In this document: piece by piece, positions 56,749-64,000 of the stretch | Numbering within the stretch: position 1 is the first letter of the stretch | Layout of the letters: the number at the start of each line of letters is the position of its first letter | DNA from: Candidatus Babeliales bacterium | GTDB lineage: Bacteria > Babelota > Babeliae > Babelales > JANWKD01 | DNA: 64,000 bases | Direction: 5' to 3' | Assembly: GCA_963701665.1 (NCBI GenBank) | Contig: OY969622.1 | Location: 384,001 to 448,000 of the forward strand | Position numbers and translations under genes: made by a program | The notes under the pieces: generated by a model | Databases searched by the model: none | Told to the model about the DNA's origin: nothing | What the model saw: the letters and a program-made list of their open reading frames with translations, nothing else

Positions 56749-58266
56749 ATGAATATTAGAGAATTGTTGATTGTGTTACCTTTGGCGATTTTGACGAGTT
56801 TGGGGATACAATACTTCTTTGGTATACGCAAGGAAGTCCCAACAATTCAGGAAGATCAAAGACCCCTCAATCTCAATGTTACGTTTGTTGAGAAAAAAAA
56901 TCCTAAAAAACCGGTTATTACTGAGTTTGAAACAGAGCATGCGCGGTATAAATTCTCCACTGAAGGTGCATCACTTGAAAATGTAGAATTTAAGCGCAAT
57001 TGGGGTGGTAAAGAAGGGTATCTGACAACTATCTTCCCGCCGGATGCTGAGAACAAGGCTGATCGAGCATTTTTTGTTGCATTGCCGGATGCTACGCCCT
57101 ATTATTTCGATCTCGTTGATAAACAAGTATTTGATGATCGCATTGAAATTTCGTACAGCGCAGCATTTAATGATGGGATAATGCGCAAAAAGTTCGTCGT
57201 ATACAAAAATCTTTTCAAAATAGATCTTATTATTTCTCTAGAGCCAAAAAACGCTAACGGCACTCAGTTACGCATGTTCTTACCTGCGCCTATTGTGCCG
57301 GAATTGAGAAGCAAAGATATTCTTAAAGGCCTAGCTGGCGATGCGAATGATACCATCACGAGTGTTGCAATCACCGATGCGAGTGCAAAATCGTGGCGTA
57401 CGCCGACACTATTTGGCGCTCAAGATCGTTATTTTGTACATGCGTGTGTGGCTGATGAGAACAATTTTATTGATCGAGGGTATTTCAATGTTGTTGATGA
57501 GCACCATCTTTTTGCGATTTTAGAAAGTCCAGAAGTGCGTGAACCCTCAACATGGACACTTTCATTTTATGTAGGGCCTAAAGAAGATGAAGCACTCGTT
57601 GCTGTAGACCCTCGTTTAGAACAAACGCTCAACTACGGTTGGTTTGGGAGAATCTCTCGTCCTGTTTCAAAAATATTATTGCACATTTTAAAACGTATCT
57701 ATGACTATTGTCATAATTATGGCATTGCCATTATTATTTTGACCTTCTTGATGAAAATTATATTGTTTCCTTTTACGTATAAAAGTGAGCAAGGCCTTAA
57801 GAAAGGCATGGAATATCAAAAGAAGATGGAGCATTTGCAGCACAAATACAAGCATGATAAAGAAGGGTTGCGCATTGCACAAGCAGAATTAATTCGAAAG
57901 CATGGTATCCCAGGTATTGGCAGTTGTTTGCCTATGCTGTTATTACAAATGCCGCTTTTTATAGCATTAGGCTGGGTTATTTCTAACTCGATTGAATTAT
58001 TTATGGCACCGTTTTTATGGATCCACGATTTATCAACGCCTGATCCTTACTATATTTTGCCCGTATTGATTCTACTATCGATGATGTTTCATACACCAAC
58101 TGCTGGTGCAGCGAACGATCCAAAGAAGCGCGTTTCAACATTTGCGACTGCATTACTTTTTGCCGCATTTGCGACTACCGTTTCTGCTGGGTTAGGTTTG
58201 TATCTTTTTACAAGCACAGCGTTGGGAGTAGCCCAAGCACAGCTAACAAAGAGATTCTTTTCATGA
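56749..58266 (+). CDS. yidC: Membrane protein insertase YidC
   Basis: YVGPK, NYGWF, NYGIAIIILT, SCLPMLLLQMP, WIHDLSTPDPYYILP. Confidence 0.95.
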   Translation: MNIRELLIVLPLAILTSLGIQYFFGIRKEVPTIQEDQRPLNLNVTFVEKKNPKKPVITEFETEHARYKFSTEGASLENVEFKRNWGGKEGYLTTIFPPDAENKADRAFFVALPDATPYYFDLVDKQVFDDRIEISYSAAFNDGIMRKKFVVYKNLFKIDLIISLEPKNANGTQLRMFLPAPIVPELRSKDILKGLAGDANDTITSVAITDASAKSWRTPTLFGAQDRYFVHACVADENNFIDRGYFNVVDEHHLFAILESPEVREPSTWTLSFYVGPKEDEALVAVDPRLEQTLNYGWFGRISRPVSKILLHILKRIYDYCHNYGIAIIILTFLMKIILFPFTYKSEQGLKKGMEYQKKMEHLQHKYKHDKEGLRIAQAELIRKHGIPGIGSCLPMLLLQMPLFIALGWVISNSIELFMAPFLWIHDLSTPDPYYILPVLILLSMMFHTPTAGAANDPKKRVSTFATALLFAAFATTVSAGLGLYLFTSTALGVAQAQLTKRFFS

Positions 58267-58862
58267 TTGAACAGTTGCCGCCATTAGTACATCTGATAAA
58301 GCATCTTCAACAAGTTCCTTATTTGGCATCAAAAAATATTTTTCGTGTTGCTAACTACTTATTGTCAATGGATGCTGCCAAAGCTGAACAGTTTTGTAAA
58401 GCGATTTTAATGGCACAGCAAGAAATAGTGCGTTGTGACTTGTGTTGTACGTGGAAAGAGCGTTCAAAGAAATGTTTATTTTGTGCCTCACCAAAACGCG
58501 ATCAAAGTGTGATCTGCGTGGTGGAAACATGGCAAGAATTAATGACGATTGAAAAGACGGGCGGCTATCAAGGCGTGTATCATGTTCTTGGTGGTGTGAT
58601 TTCGCCACTCGACGGTATTGGCCCGGAAGATTTGACAGTTGATCATTTAGTACGACGTATTAATGATGATGTGAAAGAAGTTATTTTAGCAACGAATCAA
58701 ACGCCGGAAGGTGAAGCGACAGCGGCGTATCTTGCAAGTAAGCTTAAGAAATTTTCTATTACGCTTTCATGTTTAGCGCGCGGTATTCCGGTTGGTTCTT
58801 CACTTGAATTTATGGATCGCTTGACGGTGTATAAAGCATTATCCGAGCGAAGACCTTTTTAG
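58263..58862 (+). CDS. recR: Recombination mediator RecR
   Basis: C4 zinc finger, YHVLGGVISPLDGIGPEDL, EGEATA, LARGIPVG. Confidence 0.96.
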   Translation: MIEQLPPLVHLIKHLQQVPYLASKNIFRVANYLLSMDAAKAEQFCKAILMAQQEIVRCDLCCTWKERSKKCLFCASPKRDQSVICVVETWQELMTIEKTGGYQGVYHVLGGVISPLDGIGPEDLTVDHLVRRINDDVKEVILATNQTPEGEATAAYLASKLKKFSITLSCLARGIPVGSSLEFMDRLTVYKALSERRPF

Positions 58863-58971
58863 TGTCTTCCCGAGGAGCGAAGCGACGTGGGGATCCAGAA
58901 CTTTAATAAATCCTTAAGGAATTAATTTTATAATCTGGGTTGCCACGCCACATACGTGGCTCGCAATGACA
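58863..58971. repeat. REP-like inverted dimer (family A)
   Basis: tgtcttcccgaggagcgaagcgacgtggggatcca ... tgggttgccacgccacatacgtggctcgcaatgaca immediately after the recR stop. Confidence 0.9.
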
Positions 58972-59024
58972 GTTTGTTAGCAATGTTATTTTGGTTTAGA
59001 GAAATTTTTGTGCTTCAAGTAAAG

Positions 59025-59047
59025 AAGGCGGTTTTTAAAACCGCCTT
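59025..59047. terminator. Terminator-like hairpin between convergent genes
   Basis: aaggcggtttt t aaaaccgcctt. Confidence 0.6.
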
Positions 59048-59055
59048 TTAACTTA

Positions 59056-59295
59056 TTATGGAGTATATCCACATTCTTGACTCCCAAGGTCACCATGCAC
59101 TTTACAGTTATTACAAGCTCTGCAGCATTCAGGGGTTATCCCCGTTTTTGAGTTACAACATTGTGCACAATCTATTTCAGTGAACGCGCAATTTCCATTG
59201 TTACAATTTTGTGATTTTCGTACATTTTTAGCATCAAGCGTAATAAACGTTGCACAGGTTAGCAAACCAAGGAGTAGTATATAACATTTCTTCAT
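59056..59295 (-). CDS. Small secreted cysteine-rich protein
   Basis: aggag RBS; signal peptide; 10 Cys in the ~57-aa mature part, including two CC pairs. Confidence 0.7.
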   Translation of the reverse strand: MKKCYILLLGLLTCATFITLDAKNVRKSQNCNNGNCAFTEIDCAQCCNSKTGITPECCRACNNCKVHGDLGSQECGYTP

Positions 59296-59540
59296 AGGTG
59301 CTCCTTTTTCAATATTGCGGTAATGTGCTCAGAGTTGGCACAAAACCACGTCTTGAGGGCCTTGCCTGGAAAAGGTAAGGCGCTCCTTACTATAAGTATA
59401 TTCTATCTGAAATAATAAAAGCAATAGTTTAGGGGGATAGCTAAAATTGGGAAATTGTACTATTTTTATTGGTAGCAAAAAGAACATACCAGTGATAGGT
59501 TAAATCAAATAATAATCATGATTTTAAAAGGATTTTTTTA

Positions 59541-60839
59541 ATGCCAGTACGTTATACTGCATCATCTGCAGCCTATAAAAATCGTCGTGAAGAATTACAA
59601 ACTCTTGTCAAAAAAATGTACCCCGAAAAAAAAGGGCTCATTATGCTGTTTGCACAGTTCGAGCCACAAAGTGCCCCTTTTAAACAAGATCCCTCGTTTT
59701 ATTATTATACCGGCGTGCATGAACCTGCGGCTGTACTTACACTCGATGTTGAATCGGGAAAATCAATACTATTTGTTCCTAACTTTGGTACTGAACGCGT
59801 GAAGTGGATTGCTGATGCACTCGTTCCTTCTGAAAAACGCGCGCATGAACTTGAGGTTGATGCACTCGAGTATTTGGGAGACATATGTGCCGGCTATACG
59901 ATGTATCCTTTTTTTGAAAAACGTGAATATGCAAATGTTTTGGACCTTATAAAAAAATATTGCGATGAAGAACAAACTATTTTTGTATGCAATCCGTTTC
60001 GCTCGCACGCGTACGTTAATCAAAAATTTATGATCGATCGCATTACGCATTTTGTTCCCGAGCTTTCTGCTGCGAGCGCTGATATTTCTTCGTTAGTTGC
60101 CCTGATGCGCAGGAAAAAATCTCATGAAGAACTTGAACTTATGTATAAAGCAATCACCATAACGAGTGATGCGCAGGAAACCGCTGCACAGCTGATTAAA
60201 CCCAATGTGATCGAATACGAAGTGCAAGCTGGTATTGAATATACGTTTATTGCATCCGGCGGTTCACTCGCCTTTCCAAGCATTGTTGGTGCGGGAATAA
60301 ATTCTACTATTCTTCATTATCATGATAATAATGCCACCATGAAATCAGGTGATTTAGTAGTTGTCGATATTGGTGCACAATTTAATGCCTACTGTGCCGA
60401 TCTGACGCGTACTTATCCTGTATCAGGAAGTTTCACCAAACGGCAACGTGAGATTTACGATCTCGTTCTTGACACGCAAGAGTATATAGCGAGTGTTGCA
60501 AAACCAGGCATGTGGCTTTCTCATAAAGATCATCCCGAGCAATCGCTCAATCATTTAGCAAAAAAATATTTACAGGAAAAAGGGTATGGGGACTATTTTC
60601 TCCATGGCATAGGCCATTTTCTAGGGTTAGATGTCCATGATGTCGGTGATTATACCATTCCATTGCAGACAGGGGACGTTATTACTATCGAACCGGGTAT
60701 TTATATTGCCAAGGAGGCACTTGGCGTACGCATAGAAGATAACTATTGGGTAGTGGACGATGGAGTGGTCTGTTTGAGCGAAAATCTCCCCAAAACAGCT
60801 AATGAAATTGAAGCTATGATGAAAAACAGGGAACTATAG
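59541..60839 (+). CDS. pepP: Xaa-Pro aminopeptidase (M24B)
   Basis: FYYYTG, LHY, DIGA..YCADLTRT, HGIGHFLGLDVHD, TIEPGIY, GVRIED. Confidence 0.93.
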   Translation: MPVRYTASSAAYKNRREELQTLVKKMYPEKKGLIMLFAQFEPQSAPFKQDPSFYYYTGVHEPAAVLTLDVESGKSILFVPNFGTERVKWIADALVPSEKRAHELEVDALEYLGDICAGYTMYPFFEKREYANVLDLIKKYCDEEQTIFVCNPFRSHAYVNQKFMIDRITHFVPELSAASADISSLVALMRRKKSHEELELMYKAITITSDAQETAAQLIKPNVIEYEVQAGIEYTFIASGGSLAFPSIVGAGINSTILHYHDNNATMKSGDLVVVDIGAQFNAYCADLTRTYPVSGSFTKRQREIYDLVLDTQEYIASVAKPGMWLSHKDHPEQSLNHLAKKYLQEKGYGDYFLHGIGHFLGLDVHDVGDYTIPLQTGDVITIEPGIYIAKEALGVRIEDNYWVVDDGVVCLSENLPKTANEIEAMMKNREL

Positions 60840-60982
60840 GGTTTTGCTAGGTATTGATGCCAAAATAGATTAAAACCGTCTTTTTATCCCCAAAAACAGG
60901 GTAATTTGACGGTTTCATCATTATATGATAAAATTCTAATAGAAAATCATTATCAATAAAATAAAATGAGAGGTTACATATA

Positions 60983-62119
60983 ATGAAGAAAACTATACTC
61001 TTTTCCCTGTTTTTAGCTATTGTTGGTCTACAGACTGATTTATTAATGGCTATGAACAAAAGAACAAAAAATGATTCAGTTGAAAGCACCCAAGAATTGA
61101 AGGGAAACTCCCCTAAAAAGTTAGCAGTTATCTGTTTTGATAAAGTCCTCAATGCAGTTATCGATGAACAAATAGGCTTAACTGATGCGCTCAATGGCAT
61201 GCCATTAACCGAAGAATTAGCAGAGCAACTAAGATTGAGATATGTAGAGTTAGTATCGCACATACAAACTGAAGCTGATTTGGATACAATACTTTCATAT
61301 ATTGATCCAAATGAGTCCGTTATCGATGGACAGCCTTTATTAACATATTTACTAGCTAATAAAAAGTTACAATTGGCTTATATACTTTTGTTTAAGCATT
61401 CAGATGCGTTGGAGTTAACGGTTGTTGATAGCTATGGACGTTCTGCGCTAATATATGCAATTCGCGCTCAATCATATGAAATGACCTATCATATATTGGA
61501 TGTATTAGAATGTCGCAATCAGCTTTCTTCAATAAATAATGGGCAGTGGGACGCATTTCTTGCGGCATGTAAATATTTTCCTCACGCTATTGAATTGTTA
61601 ATAGCTAAAGGTATTGATTGTGAAAATAGTGGTAATAAGGGATTGAAGGCATTTGTAAATAATATAGGTGAAAGAGCTGAGAGAGCTGCTTCTAAAACGA
61701 TGTATCAATTTGGTTGCTTTAAAAAATTGGTTCATGCCACTGATTCAGCATTAATAAATGGATACGATCTTTTAACAGATACCATTCTTTATGGCAACGC
61801 GCAAATGCTTAAGAAGCTAGTTAAAAGGGGCATAGATCCCAATTACAGTAAAAAGCCTAAAGATATGCCTATTTATATTGCAATTGCAACTGGTGAGTTG
61901 GAAAAAGTAAAACTATTGGTTGAATGCGGTGCTGATCTATCACCAGTAAAAAAGATGAGTCCTTTAACATATGCTATAAAACGGTATAAAAGAGCAAGTG
62001 AAGATAGTTCTTATGCATATTTTCAGATAATAGAGTTTTTATCAAAAAATGGTTCGGTGATGAACAAAAATTTAAAACAAGCGCAAGATCATCCTGAATT
62101 ATCTAAATTGTTACAATAA
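60983..62119 (+). CDS. Secreted ankyrin-repeat protein
   Basis: Signal peptide LMA|MNK; GRSALIYAI, PIYIAIATG..VKLLVECGAD. Confidence 0.88.
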   Translation: MKKTILFSLFLAIVGLQTDLLMAMNKRTKNDSVESTQELKGNSPKKLAVICFDKVLNAVIDEQIGLTDALNGMPLTEELAEQLRLRYVELVSHIQTEADLDTILSYIDPNESVIDGQPLLTYLLANKKLQLAYILLFKHSDALELTVVDSYGRSALIYAIRAQSYEMTYHILDVLECRNQLSSINNGQWDAFLAACKYFPHAIELLIAKGIDCENSGNKGLKAFVNNIGERAERAASKTMYQFGCFKKLVHATDSALINGYDLLTDTILYGNAQMLKKLVKRGIDPNYSKKPKDMPIYIAIATGELEKVKLLVECGADLSPVKKMSPLTYAIKRYKRASEDSSYAYFQIIEFLSKNGSVMNKNLKQAQDHPELSKLLQ

Positions 62120-62147
62120 TAGTAAGTCTTAGGGGGAGGAGGTTATA

Positions 62148-63611
62148 ATGAATATATTCTTAAAAAATTTGATTATTATCGCAATTTTTGGATGTGCATT
62201 TAGTCCATTATGGAGCATGGAAAAGCGAAAACGTGAAGACACGCCACAGCACAATGCGGAGCTTGTTTTAACTGCATCGCCTGCAAAAGCACCAAAAATA
62301 GAACACTATAAAAAAATTAATGTAAAACCGTTAAGACTCAAAGAAAAGTTAGTAAAAAAAGCAGCCTATGCGATTATTCATGCTATTCTTGAAGGCAAAA
62401 TTACCCTTAAAGATGCATTTGAAAAAATTCCTGTTGAGATGAGGGAATATATAGCGAATTTACCGTTAATTCTAAATCAAACATTGTTATATAAAGTTTC
62501 TTCGGCTGATGATGTCCAGTTGTTACTCGAAGCTGGCGCGCCTATAACAGCGAAGAATGAGGATAATCAAGATGTACCATTCATTGATAATGAATGGGTA
62601 GATCCTTTAGAGAATTTTCTAACTAGCAATAAAACTGACGCTGCTAATGAATTAATAAAATTTATACAAGAAAAATATGGTGAGAATAATAGTTTGACTT
62701 CTAGGGTGAGTGCATACCGGGAGGAAATTAAAACTATCACGTATGAAGAAGATTTAAATATGTTCATTATTCAAGGCAATCTCCAGGCAGCTACAGAATT
62801 GCTTATAAATGAAGGCTTATCGCTTAATTTTGCTAAAAAAGATCCCTCTTTTGGTAGAACTCCTTTGATGCATGCTATACGACAAGGATATGTTGAACTT
62901 GCCTCAGATATTTTGGATTATATGAAACAAAAAAATAATGAGGGATTATCCCTAGAGGATTTGGGTGGAAAAACGGCTTTATGGTTAGCATATGAATGTA
63001 CCCCTGAATTGATTGAAAAATTAATTAATAGCGGTGTCGATATCAATGGATTGGGACCTTCAGGTAATTCCTTCTTAATGGCCGTAAGTGCATTTATTTT
63101 TCAAAATAAATTTCCACGGTTATTCGATTTGATCCTCGACAAGAAACCTACGGACTTAAATCATGAAAATCATAATGGCGAGACAATTTTATCACTTGCG
63201 ATTAGTGAAAATTATGACGCTGAGAAGATAAAAAAATTAGTAGCGAATGGCGCAGACGTGAATTTTGCTAATGATTATGATGAAACTCCATTAATGTATT
63301 TAACGAGTGATTCTTTAGATGCCGTAAAAACACTTATTGAATTAGGTGCTGAGATTGATTATGCCAATGAAAAAGGTAAGTGTGCATTACGCATTGCCCT
63401 TGAACAATATATTTCGCAGTTTGATGAGATTGAACAAACTAATAATGATAAAGCTATTGCGATGCTTAAATTTTTACTTGGTAGCGATGCTACAGTTGAA
63501 AGAAAAGATATTAAAAATTTTGATAAATTAGTTACTGACCATGAAATCAAGCCGGCATTAGTAGCAGATGTGAGAAACATGTTAACTGATACGTGGGAAG
63601 CACAAACATAA
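62148..63611 (+). CDS. Secreted ankyrin-repeat protein
   Basis: Signal peptide LWS|MEK; GRTPLMHAI, GKTALWLA, LVANGADVN, ETPLMY. Confidence 0.9.
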   Translation: MNIFLKNLIIIAIFGCAFSPLWSMEKRKREDTPQHNAELVLTASPAKAPKIEHYKKINVKPLRLKEKLVKKAAYAIIHAILEGKITLKDAFEKIPVEMREYIANLPLILNQTLLYKVSSADDVQLLLEAGAPITAKNEDNQDVPFIDNEWVDPLENFLTSNKTDAANELIKFIQEKYGENNSLTSRVSAYREEIKTITYEEDLNMFIIQGNLQAATELLINEGLSLNFAKKDPSFGRTPLMHAIRQGYVELASDILDYMKQKNNEGLSLEDLGGKTALWLAYECTPELIEKLINSGVDINGLGPSGNSFLMAVSAFIFQNKFPRLFDLILDKKPTDLNHENHNGETILSLAISENYDAEKIKKLVANGADVNFANDYDETPLMYLTSDSLDAVKTLIELGAEIDYANEKGKCALRIALEQYISQFDEIEQTNNDKAIAMLKFLLGSDATVERKDIKNFDKLVTDHEIKPALVADVRNMLTDTWEAQT

Positions 63612-63655
63612 GTTTAAATAATAAAGTAAAACACATGGAGTGGGGGAATTATATA

Positions 63656-64000
63656 ATGAAAAATCTAGGGACACGACTAATTACTATTATTTTAGCTTTG
63701 TTATTTTTTCGTTCAGTATTCCCGATGAAACGCAACCATGAAGAAACGCCAAAACAAACTGCAGAGATGGCATTACTTTCTTCAGCTAAAAAACGTTCAA
63801 AGATAGACGAAATTAAAAAAATTAATGTAAAGCCGTTAATACTCAAAGAAAATTTAGTGCAGAAATCAGCCTATGCAGTTATTCATGCTATTCTTGAAGG
63901 CAAAATTTCCCTTAAAGGGACATTTGAAATAATTCCTGCTGAGATGCGGGGATATATAGCGGGATTACCTTTAATACTAAATCAAACATTGTTATATAAA
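63656..64000 (+). CDS. Paralog of 62148-63611, truncated by window end
   Basis: Manual translation MKNLGTRLITIILALLFFRSVFPMKRNHEETP...KKINVKPLILKENLVQKSAYAVIHAILEGKISLK..LPLILNQTLLYK, highly similar to the upstream gene's N-terminus. Confidence 0.85.
   Translation, partial: MKNLGTRLITIILALLFFRSVFPMKRNHEETPKQTAEMALLSSAKKRSKIDEIKKINVKPLILKENLVQKSAYAVIHAILEGKISLKGTFEIIPAEMRGYIAGLPLILNQTLLYK

Noticed and set aside
63649..63846. Minus-strand 65-aa ORF
   Set aside because: Antisense shadow of the plus-strand paralog starting at 63656

Overview
AT-rich bacterial chromosomal segment. Housekeeping genes (radA, murA, atpG, tRNA cluster-rpmG-secE-nusG-rplKAJL-rpoBC, rpsO-pnp-rph, trpS, cdaA/cdaR-like-glmM, dps, uvrD, hflX, ffh-rpsP-khpA-trmD-rplS, murC, yidC-recR, pepP) alternate with many signal-peptide ORFans carrying eukaryote-like domains (C2H2 zinc fingers, Skp1/BTB-WD40, ankyrin, coiled coils). 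This suggests an intracellular parasite of protists, possibly Dependentiae/Babelota (inference, not verified). Main result: an intact IS110-family element (54961-56159) sits inside a palindromic REP-like repeat at a CT core. Its left non-coding end holds a readable bridge RNA whose four guide segments match the REP target and the element's own end junction, and a sigma70-like promoter forms only on circularisation. Several empty target copies occur in the window. Other notable points: a recurrent signal peptide followed by Met-[E/N/Q] in 13 of 14 such putative effectors, a second ~165-bp hairpin-rich repeat family, a degenerate diadenylate cyclase, and six frameshifts in rpoB/rpoC that are probably assembly errors. 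All calls are by eye from sequence motifs; no database searches were run.
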